Shown: positions 45,135 through 53,866 of the stretch, one piece after another | Layout of the letters: every line of letters begins with the position of its first letter | Numbering within the stretch: position 1 is the stretch's first letter | Source: a virus | Lineage: Duplodnaviria; Caudoviricetes | IMG/VR virus record: IMGVR_UViG_3300032242_001675 | Span: 1-58,665 of that record | Direction: 5' to 3' (one strand) | DNA: 58,665 nucleotides | Notes under the pieces: model-generated | What the model was told of the DNA's origin: nothing | What the model saw: only the letters and a program-made list of their open reading frames with translations | Database searches by the model: none | Made by a program: the position numbers and the translations under genes

Positions 45135-47260
45135 GTTTTCGGCCTACGCGCGACGCAGCCGCCTTGGTGTTGGATGTGGCGTTTTTTAATGTCCTTGACG
45201 TAGTCGATGTACCCGTCCTTAATCCACTTATCGACTGCGGCGAGCTGCGTTGACTTTGTCTTAAGGTAGCTGTCGTTCGCCTTAATCCAGTCGCAGAGTT
45301 CGTTCTTGGTCATGTACTCGCCCGCGCTCAGGCTCTCCAGGTGGCGTACGACCTTCTTACGTGCGTTGTTGAGCAGCATCCCTATCGACTGCTCATCTAT
45401 GGCTTGTTTCTCCTCCTCCTTGGCCTGTTTAATTGCCTCTAGGCCACCGTCACCCATTGCCCTCGGCACGCCATGGAGCACCGTCTCGTATACCCAGTTA
45501 CCGAGCTGGTCGAGCACTTTGCGCCCGTTGCTGGAGCAACCGAACACGATACCCTCGGCTTTCTCGACGAAGCGGTGCTTCGCCTGCTTCACCTCCAGCC
45601 AGCGGGTGTTGTCGTCCTCCCGCGTCAGGTAGAGCACCTGGTTCGCGTCGGCCTCCCAGGCGCCCGCGCCGCGCGCGCTCAGGTCGGCGATTTCCGCGCG
45701 CTTGAGCGCCTTTGCTAGGTGCCCGACGATTATAATCGGCAGCCCTGCGAATTTCTGTTTAAGCGTGGCCATCGCCGCGCCGACCTCCGCGTTATCGCTT
45801 TCGTTCTCCAGGCTAAAGCTCGCGTTGGCGGTGTCAAACACGACCACTGGCGCGGCGCGGAACACCACTCCGGTTTCTGGGTTTACGTTTTCGGTGTAGA
45901 AGTTTTTGTAGTCCTCCGCAGCCTGCACGATGTACTTTGGCGTAATGCGGGCGGCCTCCACCAGCTTAAAGCGGGCGTTGACGTCGGCGCTCGGGCAGTC
46001 CGCGAGCTCGCCGCTGAGGCGCAGGCTGCTGATGATCCGCTTCACCTGGCGCGGGTCTTCGCTGATGTAGATTATTTTACGCTGGAGCAGGGGCTTAAGG
46101 GCGTCTCCCGGGGGGCAGAGGTGCGCTACTCTGAACATCAGCGGTACGAGCTGGGTGGTCTTGCCCGCGCCGGTCGACCCCGCGAGCATCACCACCCCGG
46201 CCTCGATTATGCCGTCCAGCAGGTACTCAATCGCGACCGGTGCGCCCTCCACGTCGGGGTCGTAGCGGTTGTAGGGGTGGGTGTCTTCCTCCGCCTCCGC
46301 TCCCCCGCCCGTAACCCCCGCAACACCACCCCAGCGGTCAAAGCTGAGCGCGATGGCGTCGTTCGCGTCGCCCCGCACCACGCCCGCCTCCCCCGCGACA
46401 AAGTCCGCGGCGAGCCGCCGCAGGTTGCTTAAGTCCACCGGGTGCGCGCGGTCGACGTACTTCTCCGCGAGCGCGTGGACCTCCTCCATTATCCGCTCAA
46501 CCCCTAACCCCGCGCGGGCGCGCTCGCTAATGTAACGCTTAAACAGCTCGCGCCGCCCGTCGCCGTCGACCAGCCGCCGCTTGAGCTGCGTGCAGCGCTC
46601 CTGAAACGCCCACTCCCCCCGCGCGTTCGGCTCGCTCGGGGCGTCGTCGCCCGCGGTCGCCGTAGCGGCGGTCTTAAGTCTCCGCCCGATCGCCCCCTCA
46701 TTTAAGTCCGCGCGGGAGTCCACGTAGTCGCCCTCCACCCGGATGAACGGGTGCTCGTGCCCGCCCTTAACATAACCGAAGTAGAACGCCTGGCTCGCCG
46801 TAAAGCTCTCCCCCGCTAACACCCCGCCTAACACCCCATTAATGCGCGCGAGGTACAACGCCCGCCGCGCGACGGCCTCCTCCCCCGGCACCGCCGCGCC
46901 GAGCGGGGCGAGCAGCCGCCACTTCGGCTTTTCCGCGCTCCAGCTGGGCGAGGCATACAGCGCGCACTTCACCCGCGCGCTCCGCAGCCGCTCCGCGGCC
47001 TCCTCTAGGCTCATCTCGCCGGCATCGTAGTCGCCCTCCACGCCGAAGAGCTCCTCAATGTTCTCGTTGCTGCGCAGGCTGCCTTTCTCGGTCGCCCGGC
47101 TGCCGAAGCGCGCGAGCTTAAGCAACGGGCACTCCGCCTTTGCCGCGTAGCCGTTGGTGGATTCGAGCGCATCGAGCATGGCCTCCCAGGGCTGCTCTAT
47201 AAACCGCGCGGTGCGGGCGTTGACGTGTTTAAATGCTGTCCAACCGAATTTGCTGTTCAT
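45131..47260 (-). CDS. Primase-helicase (N-terminal primase/polymerase-like domain, C-terminal AAA_25/RecA-family helicase)
   Basis: GVEGDYD, YASPS, KWRLLAPL, ESFTASQAFY; GSTGAGKTT, YISED, VVFDT, ENESDN, IVGH..K, ARGAGAW. Confidence 0.8.
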   Translation of the reverse strand: MNSKFGWTAFKHVNARTARFIEQPWEAMLDALESTNGYAAKAECPLLKLARFGSRATEKGSLRSNENIEELFGVEGDYDAGEMSLEEAAERLRSARVKCALYASPSWSAEKPKWRLLAPLGAAVPGEEAVARRALYLARINGVLGGVLAGESFTASQAFYFGYVKGGHEHPFIRVEGDYVDSRADLNEGAIGRRLKTAATATAGDDAPSEPNARGEWAFQERCTQLKRRLVDGDGRRELFKRYISERARAGLGVERIMEEVHALAEKYVDRAHPVDLSNLRRLAADFVAGEAGVVRGDANDAIALSFDRWGGVAGVTGGGAEAEEDTHPYNRYDPDVEGAPVAIEYLLDGIIEAGVVMLAGSTGAGKTTQLVPLMFRVAHLCPPGDALKPLLQRKIIYISEDPRQVKRIISSLRLSGELADCPSADVNARFKLVEAARITPKYIVQAAEDYKNFYTENVNPETGVVFRAAPVVVFDTANASFSLENESDNAEVGAAMATLKQKFAGLPIIIVGHLAKALKRAEIADLSARGAGAWEADANQVLYLTREDDNTRWLEVKQAKHRFVEKAEGIVFGCSSNGRKVLDQLGNWVYETVLHGVPRAMGDGGLEAIKQAKEEEKQAIDEQSIGMLLNNARKKVVRHLESLSAGEYMTKNELCDWIKANDSYLKTKSTQLAAVDKWIKDGYIDYVKDIKKRHIQHQGGCVARRPKT

Positions 47261-47262
47261 TT

Positions 47263-48789
47263 TTAAAATATTTCCCCAATCACGTTCATCCAGTTCCCGG
47301 TGCGGCGGACTTTAACCGTCCGCGGGCACGGCAACCCCCGCGCCACCGTCTTTGCTTTCTCGGCCGAGCGCGGGAAGCTCCCGCACCCCCGGCGCGCGAA
47401 CCAGCCCGCGGCCTGCTGGTAGGCGTAGCCGTCGTACTCGGTGCAGACGAACTGCTTCGCGCTGAACCGCAGCCCGTTGCGCTCGCAGTCGTACGCGACC
47501 ATCAGCAACTTGCGCCCCGTCAGGGTCTTGCTCGGCAGCACGACGTAGCTGACGTCGCGGACTTCGGCGTCTGCGCCCGCGGAGCGCGCGAACATCGGGT
47601 CGAGCTCCGTCAGCTCGCTCACCTGCTGCACTCGCTTAACCGTGGCAATCAGCTCCGGGCGGGGCGCGGCGCTCACCTTAACGGGGGGCTGCCCCGGCGA
47701 GGGCGGCTCATCAAAGGCCTCCCGCACGCCCGCGGCAATACCCCCGTGCACCAGCAGGTTGCCCGCGTAGTCGAGCACCAAGCAGTTCTTCTTGCCCGCG
47801 GCGCGGCGCGTACCCCGCCCGAGCATCTGCACCCATAGCCCCTGCGAGGCCGTCGGGCGCAGGCAGACTATGCAGTCCAGCGCGGGGAAGTTAAACCCCG
47901 TGGTGAGCACGTTCACCGAGCACATCACGCGACACCCCCCGGCTTTCCAGGCCTCCAACTTACCGCTCCGGTCCTCGGTGTCCCCCACGACGTAGTCCGC
48001 GGAGCAGCCCTTCTCGCGGAACACCTCGGTGGCGAGAGCTGCAGTCTCCACGCTGGGGCAGAACACCGCGATGTGCTTACGCTCCGCGGCGAGCGCTAAT
48101 ACGGAGGGGACAACGCGGTTGAGCCACTCGCGGTCTTCTTGTAGGGTCACGGCTTTCATCTCGAACTCGCCCGCGACTTTCTTGAGCTCGCTGCGGTCGA
48201 CGCGGATGAGCGTGTTAACGCCGACCAGCGGCGCGAGGTAACCGAGGTTAACGAGGTCCAGCACGTTGGCCTCATACGCCAGCTCCGTGAAGTACCCGTC
48301 CCGTCCGTACACCTCTCCGTCTAAGCGGTAAGGCGTGGCGCTCAGTCCCACCCTGCGCGCCTCCGGGAAGGCATCAAACACCATCGGGTAAAACTTTGCG
48401 CCGGACTTCTTATCCGCTACGAGGTGACACTCATCCACCACTATGATATCAAACGCGGGTATCTCCCGTCGCTGCGCGGGACGGTAGAGCGACTGCACGG
48501 AGGCGAACAGCACATCATCCGCGGTGTCCCGGCGCTCTAACCCCGCGCACAGCACCCCCGGCTTTATGCCCGTCAGCCGCTCAAACTCCGCAGCGTTCGC
48601 CTCCACGAGCTCCTGCACGTGCGTCACGCTCAGCACGCGCTGCCCCGCGGCGAGCGCCTGCCGTGCGATTTCCGCGAGCACCAACGACTTGCCGCTCCCG
48701 GTGGGCAGGCTCAACACCGGGTGCCCGCCCGCCTTAATTACATTAACAGCGGCGCTGACAGCGTCCCGCTGATAGGGTCTCAGTTCCAT
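47263..48789 (-). CDS. Superfamily 2 DNA helicase (RadD/YejH-like)
   Basis: LRPYQ, PTGSGKS, DECH, SATP, LTTGFN, QMLGRGTR. Confidence 0.92.
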   Translation of the reverse strand: MELRPYQRDAVSAAVNVIKAGGHPVLSLPTGSGKSLVLAEIARQALAAGQRVLSVTHVQELVEANAAEFERLTGIKPGVLCAGLERRDTADDVLFASVQSLYRPAQRREIPAFDIIVVDECHLVADKKSGAKFYPMVFDAFPEARRVGLSATPYRLDGEVYGRDGYFTELAYEANVLDLVNLGYLAPLVGVNTLIRVDRSELKKVAGEFEMKAVTLQEDREWLNRVVPSVLALAAERKHIAVFCPSVETAALATEVFREKGCSADYVVGDTEDRSGKLEAWKAGGCRVMCSVNVLTTGFNFPALDCIVCLRPTASQGLWVQMLGRGTRRAAGKKNCLVLDYAGNLLVHGGIAAGVREAFDEPPSPGQPPVKVSAAPRPELIATVKRVQQVSELTELDPMFARSAGADAEVRDVSYVVLPSKTLTGRKLLMVAYDCERNGLRFSAKQFVCTEYDGYAYQQAAGWFARRGCGSFPRSAEKAKTVARGLPCPRTVKVRRTGNWMNVIGEIF

Positions 48790-48834
48790 TCGGCTTCCCT
48801 GAATAATTAACAGTTATTTGTGAGTTATATTTTT

Positions 48835-48863
48835 AGTATGCCTCATTTTTCAACAAAAGGCAA
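48835..48863 (-). promoter_or_regulatory. Leftward promoter TTGCCT-N17-CATACT
   Basis: Minus strand -35 at 48863-48858, -10 at 48840-48835, upstream of the helicase. Confidence 0.65.
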
Positions 48864-48936
48864 GTCGTTTTTAAGGGGTTTTGCAAAACAAAAGACCCCC
48901 TTTTAAAATTAAAAACAATCATTTTTAAATTTCCGT

Positions 48937-48965
48937 TTGCCTTTTGTATAAAAATGAACTAAACT
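48937..48965 (+). promoter_or_regulatory. Rightward promoter TTGCCT-N17-TAAACT
   Basis: Matches 2316-2344 (TTGCCTTTT...AACTAAACT). Confidence 0.7.
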
Positions 48966-49043
48966 TTTTTACAGCGCTGATAAAAACAGCGTGCCCTGGT
49001 GAGGGCAATTTTATAACTTTATAACTTTCAGGAGTATTTTATC

Positions 49044-49355
49044 ATGTCGAATACCACACAAACTCAGGTCGCTACCCAAGAGCTTTCTAAAATCGACCAG
49101 CTCGGCTTTTTGAACGAGCAGATCAAGGACTTAACCGAGCAGGCCGAGGCGCTGAAAACCGCGCTTAAGGCTGAGGCCGCCGCGAGCGGTGCGACCACTC
49201 TGATTGGCGAGCTGTTTGTTGCGAGCTACAAGAAGTCTGAGCGCTCGACCTTTGACCACAAGAAGCTGATCTCCGACTACAACATGACGGAGGCCGACTG
49301 CGCCCCGTTCATGAAGGTCACCTGCGTCACCTCGCTCACTGTTCAAAAAATCTAA
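49044..49355 (+). CDS. First early gene, coiled-coil hypothetical protein
   Basis: AGGAG RBS; IDQLGFLNEQIKDLTEQAEALK. Confidence 0.75.
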   Translation: MSNTTQTQVATQELSKIDQLGFLNEQIKDLTEQAEALKTALKAEAAASGATTLIGELFVASYKKSERSTFDHKKLISDYNMTEADCAPFMKVTCVTSLTVQKI

Positions 49356-49394
49356 ACACCCTGGCTGCCCCCTGCGGGGGGCTGAGGAATAATC

Positions 49395-49610
49395 ATGAAA
49401 CTCTGCATCGATTGTAAGCACCACTTTTTAAAATACGACGACCACCGCTGCAACGCGCCCGCGAACGGCGCTAACCCGGTCACTGGCGAGGTCATTCAGC
49501 GCAGCTGCGATATCCAACGGAGCGTCACGGCGGCAGTCCTGCCTGGTTACTGTGGCGGGGACGCGCTGTTTTTTCAAGGGATTGAGGTCGTGTCGGAGGT
49601 GACGCAATGA
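49395..49610 (+). CDS. Small Cys-rich hypothetical protein
   Basis: MKLCIDCKH...C...C...CG. Confidence 0.7.
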   Translation: MKLCIDCKHHFLKYDDHRCNAPANGANPVTGEVIQRSCDIQRSVTAAVLPGYCGGDALFFQGIEVVSEVTQ

Positions 49611-49789
49611 AAGTCGTCGTTGCAACTCAAGAGGCTATCAGGATTGCGGAGCATGACTGCTCGGCTGCCGCAGACCCTTGGTTCGAGGCCTACCAATGGC
49701 TGGATGAGTATTGCCCTAAAAATCGCCTCGCAGTTGTTGACAAGCACATCGGCACAGACCTCCTTTACGTATGGGTGAAGAAAGTATGA
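49607..49789 (+). CDS. Hypothetical protein
   Basis: GGAGG RBS; ATGA coupling on both sides. Confidence 0.55.
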   Translation: MKVVVATQEAIRIAEHDCSAAADPWFEAYQWLDEYCPKNRLAVVDKHIGTDLLYVWVKKV

Positions 49790-50748
49790 GTCGCTCTATT
49801 TTTGAGACTCTGTCCGTCGACCGCACGGTGATCAGGTGGGAGGACCACCTGCGCACCCTCACCCCGGTGGAGAACCACCGTGGCGTCTGGTTCAAGCGCG
49901 AGGACTACTTTGCTCCGCTCGGCTACGGCGGACCGAACGGCTCTAAGATGCGCCAGCTGATCTGGGTGATGAGCAGCCGCCGCGCGGGCAAGACCCACGT
50001 GCTCTCGGGCGCTTCCGTGAGGTCGCCCCAGCTGAGCATGTCTGCAATTGTCGGCGCGCACTACGGCCTGCAGACTCGGCTCGTGGTGGGGGCTACAAAG
50101 CCCGCCACTCTTAAGCGCCACCCGAACCCCTACGTTGCGCTCGGGTTCGGCGCGCACTTTGAGTACATTAACGTCGCTTATAACCCGGCGCTCCAGCGGG
50201 AGGTCGCGCGCCTGACCCAGCCCGAGTCCTTGGTGGTGGAGTACGGCATTACGCTCGACCACAAGAAACACGACAGCGCGCAGGTCTACGGGTTCCACGA
50301 CGTCGGCGCACACCAGGTCACTAACATACCCCCCGAGGTGCGCACGTTGGTGGTGCCCGCGGGGTCTTGTAATTCCCTGGGTAGTGTGCTGCTCGGCCTG
50401 AGCCGGGACTCCAAGAACGTGTCCACGCTGTTCACGCTCGGAATCGGTCCGAGCAAGCAGTCCTGGCTACGCGACCGGATGAACAGCATCGGCGTGGACG
50501 TTGACCGGCTGCCGTTTGCCTGGAAACATTTCTCGCTCCACGACACCGGCTACTCGACTTACCAGGACATGGTCAAGGAGTCCTTTGACGGCATAGAGTT
50601 CCACCCGACCTACGAGGCCAAGTGCATAAGATGGCTTAAGGAGAAAGGCTGGGTGAATGAGGACGACACGAGTATGTTTTGGATCGTAGGCAGCGAGCCT
50701 AAAATACCGCTGATTAAGCCCTATTTCACCCACCAGGTGGAGTCATGA
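49786..50748 (+). CDS. PLP-dependent enzyme (fold type II), putative DNA-base amino-acid decarboxylase
   Basis: LTPVE...WFKREDY...GGPNGSKMRQ (PLP lysine), VPAGSCNS, FHPTYEAK, FWIVG; first gene of the modification cluster. Confidence 0.8.
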   Translation: MSRSIFETLSVDRTVIRWEDHLRTLTPVENHRGVWFKREDYFAPLGYGGPNGSKMRQLIWVMSSRRAGKTHVLSGASVRSPQLSMSAIVGAHYGLQTRLVVGATKPATLKRHPNPYVALGFGAHFEYINVAYNPALQREVARLTQPESLVVEYGITLDHKKHDSAQVYGFHDVGAHQVTNIPPEVRTLVVPAGSCNSLGSVLLGLSRDSKNVSTLFTLGIGPSKQSWLRDRMNSIGVDVDRLPFAWKHFSLHDTGYSTYQDMVKESFDGIEFHPTYEAKCIRWLKEKGWVNEDDTSMFWIVGSEPKIPLIKPYFTHQVES

Positions 50749-51755
50749 TGAGCCGACCCGACTACCGACTGCCCGAGCAGCGCCTCGGTTATTTCACGCA
50801 GCTGTATTATGCAACTTTAAAATACAAAGTATCTCCCGGACTGGTATACTTATTTATGCCTGAATTAGCCTCTCGTTACAACTGGTCTGTAGACCAAAAA
50901 CTTTGGTTTTCATTTATAAACGGGATGACTCAAAACCCTATAACTTCTATGCGCATAATGGAAGCCTCTCCATTTATTCCCCAGTCAAAAGAAGAGTTCA
51001 AGCGTTTGGACGAATGGTTTAACCGCGAATGGGACAAATTAAGTTTTGATACAGATAGAAGAAAGCAAAAACGCGATACTTTAAAAGCGATTTGGTCTTA
51101 TTCTGAATTAGTAAAAGAACACGGCTCTCAAGAAACTACCTGGAAACAAAAAACACCTTATTCAGTTTTATGGGAAAGAGCTAATGGTAAAATATACAGC
51201 TTTGGCAGGCTGAGCGCGTTCAGTTATTTAGAATATGTTAAGATAATGGGGTATGGAAACGACTGTTCTAGCCTTATGTTTGAAGAAAAAGAAGGAAGTC
51301 GTTCTCATCGAAATGGAGCTTTACTTTTACTAGGTCACGATGAAATTGTTTGGGACAAACGTATTGGCAACGGTTTTAATGGGCGGTATGAAAACTTTGA
51401 AAAAATATGCGAATATTTAACTAAAGCCGCTGATGATTTTTTAAAAGACTTTAACGCCAGGTACCCCGAGATTAAAGGAGATTACTACACTTTAGAAAGC
51501 TGTTTGTGTACGTTTAAAAACTCTTTTTTCTCTCGTAGGTATTTTGGAGTTTACGCCGATATGTCTTGGGACAGAATAAAATGGTATGATGATAAGGGTA
51601 TGTCCAAATATACAGAAATATTTAAAGACATTCGTTCTCAAAATTTACCGGAATGGTTAAGAGAAGAGTGCGAAAATAAACCAGTTTCTCGCTCTATAAA
51701 AGCTAGCAAATTTGCACTAACCGGTATTCCGTATCGAAGCGAGTTTTTTCTATGA
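50745..51755 (+). CDS. Amino acid:DNA transferase (aGPT-Pplase2-type, HhH-glycosylase-like fold)
   Basis: FDTDRRK, SFGRLSAFSYLE, SRSHRNG, YTLESCLCTFK..F...RY.GVY; context next to PLP enzyme and kinase. Confidence 0.75.
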   Translation: MMSRPDYRLPEQRLGYFTQLYYATLKYKVSPGLVYLFMPELASRYNWSVDQKLWFSFINGMTQNPITSMRIMEASPFIPQSKEEFKRLDEWFNREWDKLSFDTDRRKQKRDTLKAIWSYSELVKEHGSQETTWKQKTPYSVLWERANGKIYSFGRLSAFSYLEYVKIMGYGNDCSSLMFEEKEGSRSHRNGALLLLGHDEIVWDKRIGNGFNGRYENFEKICEYLTKAADDFLKDFNARYPEIKGDYYTLESCLCTFKNSFFSRRYFGVYADMSWDRIKWYDDKGMSKYTEIFKDIRSQNLPEWLREECENKPVSRSIKASKFALTGIPYRSEFFL

Positions 51756-52399
51756 ACTATCAACGTATATATGAAAGTTTAATTTTTAAAGCGCAAGAAA
51801 GACCTCCCCTCACCGGCTACACGGAAAAACATCATATAGTTCCACGATGTTTAGGGGGAAAAGAAGAGCATTCTAATTTGGTCATTCTGAGCGCTGAAGA
51901 ACATTTTTTAGCTCATCAGTTACTCGTTAAAATTTATCCGAAACATGACGGACTAGCTTATGCTGCCAAACTTATGACTATGTCAAAAGGTAAAGGTAGA
52001 GTGGGTAATAAATTATACGGATGGTTAAAAAAGCGCGCTTCAATCGCACAGTCTAATCAGTCTTCTAAGCAGAATAAATTAAATAACCCGTCTAATAAAC
52101 CTGAAGTTAAAGCGATGCGCAGAGAACAGCTTTTAAAAAACAACCCTATGAAAATAGATAGTATTAAGCAGAAAGCTACTTCTAAATCAATCGCAAAAAC
52201 TAAAGAAAGAATGAAAAACCCAAGTCTTAGAAACGCATGGGTTGAAATCGTAACAAAAGCTAAAGTAGAGCAAAACTCTTACGCAAAACAGGGTAAATCT
52301 TTGAGTGATAGATGGAAAGAGCCTGATTTTAAGCGTAAGATGGTAGCTTCGATTAAAGCGGGTAAAGAAAAAAGCAAATTTAAAGAGGTTTTAATATGA
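51752..52399 (+). CDS. Free-standing HNH homing endonuclease
   Basis: MNYQRIYESLI...YTEKHHIVPRCLGG....SNLVILSAEEHFLAHQLL; NNPS/NNPM repeats. Confidence 0.9.
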   Translation: MNYQRIYESLIFKAQERPPLTGYTEKHHIVPRCLGGKEEHSNLVILSAEEHFLAHQLLVKIYPKHDGLAYAAKLMTMSKGKGRVGNKLYGWLKKRASIAQSNQSSKQNKLNNPSNKPEVKAMRREQLLKNNPMKIDSIKQKATSKSIAKTKERMKNPSLRNAWVEIVTKAKVEQNSYAKQGKSLSDRWKEPDFKRKMVASIKAGKEKSKFKEVLI

Positions 52400-52974
52400 A
52401 CCGTATTATCAACATTCGCGGGACTAGCGGATCGGGTAAGTCTACCATCGCCCGCACGTTCCTGGAGCATTTACCGCACGAGCCCCTACCGGACTCCACG
52501 GGTAAAGTGAAAGGCTACCGCGTGGACGCCACCGCGGCGGGCTTAACGCAGCCGCTGTTTATTGTCGGGCGGTATGACATCGCCTGCGGCGGGGGCGACA
52601 CCCTACGCAGCGAGGAAGAAGCCGCGCAGCTTTGTGACTTCGCGCAGCAGCAAGGCCACGTGCTCCTGGAGCGCATGCTCACCAGCGGGAGCGGACCGAA
52701 AGGGCAGTTCGCCTCCACGTTCCTCGGCACGGGTAAAATCACTTACGCCATAATGGACACCCCGCTGGAGGTGTGCCTGGAGCGGGTGATGGGGCGGCGG
52801 GCTGAGCGCGGCGACGACCGCCCGTTTAACCCCGAGAACACCGTGGGCAAGTACCACGGCTCGCACCGCGCGGCGGAAAAACTGAAAACCGCTGGCGAGG
52901 ACGTCCGCCTGATTGACCACACCGACGCGTTTAAACAGGTGTTGGCTATTTACCTGGAGGCCGAGCAGCTATGA
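52396..52974 (+). CDS. P-loop nucleotide kinase of the modification cluster (candidate 5-hmdUMP/dNMP kinase)
   Basis: IINIRGTSGSGKST, GRY...CGGGD, DTPLEVCLERV..RR. Confidence 0.75.
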   Translation: MNRIINIRGTSGSGKSTIARTFLEHLPHEPLPDSTGKVKGYRVDATAAGLTQPLFIVGRYDIACGGGDTLRSEEEAAQLCDFAQQQGHVLLERMLTSGSGPKGQFASTFLGTGKITYAIMDTPLEVCLERVMGRRAERGDDRPFNPENTVGKYHGSHRAAEKLKTAGEDVRLIDHTDAFKQVLAIYLEAEQL

Positions 52975-53858
52975 GCAGCGTACAGACCGTGACCGTAGAC
53001 ATTGACCTGTTTTTAAACTTCGTGACCGAGCGCGAGTCGCTTCGGCTGCGGAAGGAGAGCGGCGAGCCCGCCCCCTGGACCGAGGACGCCACGCTCGCGC
53101 GGTATCGGTTTTGCAACATACGCCGCAAAGACGACCGCGTGACGCGGTGGCTACTGCGCGAGTACTATGCCAAGCTCCCGCCCGACGCGGATTACTGGTT
53201 CGCCGCGGCAATCGCGCGCCACCTGAACTGGCCGCCGGTGCTTAAGGTGCTGCTGCAAGATAAGATGATTCCCGCGCGGGCGGAGAAGTTCTGGCCAGGG
53301 GCGTTTGCCGCCCGGCTGGAGCAGCTGAAAAAGGAGATGGGCAAGGTGTACACCTCGGCCTATGTCGTTTACCCCGGTCACGACAAAGGTAAGACTAAGT
53401 CCCACAACATGGCGCATTTGATATTTGCCCCGCTCGCCGAGAGCGCTAAGCAGGTGCGCGCGGCGCTGCGCCAAGGGCGGCTCGAGCCCACGGTGAACGA
53501 GCTGGTTAAGTCCTACGGCATTAGTAACTTTATGGCGGGGCAGATCGCCGCGGATTTAAGCTACCTGCCGGGGCAGCTGAAAGACGCCTCCGACCTCTAC
53601 ACCTACGCGTCGCGGGGTCCGGGCTCGCAGCAAGGCCTGAACCGCCTGCGGGCGCTGCCGCTGACGCACCAAGACTCCGCGGAGGAGTTCTGCGGCCACC
53701 TGCGGCAGGTGCTCGAGACCATCACCGAGTGGACTCCGTTTAAAGACCTAACGCTGTACGATGTGCAAAACTGCTTTTGTGAGTTCGACAAATACTGCCG
53801 GGCGGTGCTGCTGGAAGGCCGCCCGCGCCAAGACTACCACCCCACCACGGAGTTTTAA
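52971..53858 (+). CDS. 5-hmdU DNA kinase-type protein (aGPT-Pplase1 / HMUDK helical family)
   Basis: ERESLR..KE.G.PAPWTED..L..YRFCNIRRKDDRVT, YTSAY, FMAGQIAADL, GPGS..GL, DVQNCFCEFDKY. Confidence 0.82.
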   Translation: MSSVQTVTVDIDLFLNFVTERESLRLRKESGEPAPWTEDATLARYRFCNIRRKDDRVTRWLLREYYAKLPPDADYWFAAAIARHLNWPPVLKVLLQDKMIPARAEKFWPGAFAARLEQLKKEMGKVYTSAYVVYPGHDKGKTKSHNMAHLIFAPLAESAKQVRAALRQGRLEPTVNELVKSYGISNFMAGQIAADLSYLPGQLKDASDLYTYASRGPGSQQGLNRLRALPLTHQDSAEEFCGHLRQVLETITEWTPFKDLTLYDVQNCFCEFDKYCRAVLLEGRPRQDYHPTTEF

Positions 53859-53866
53859 GAGAAACT

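Noticed and set aside
45306-48810. Many long antisense ORFs over the helicase and primase genes (also over the portal and modification genes)
   Set aside because: Expected shadow ORFs of GC-rich coding sequence; no RBS or motifs
49786-50748. Auxiliary metabolic ACC deaminase / D-cysteine desulfhydrase
   Set aside because: Same fold, but coupling to the amino acid:DNA transferase favours a DNA-modification role
51752-52399. HNH inside a group I intron or intein
   Set aside because: The ORF overlaps both neighbours by ATGA, both neighbours look complete, and there is no room for intron core structure
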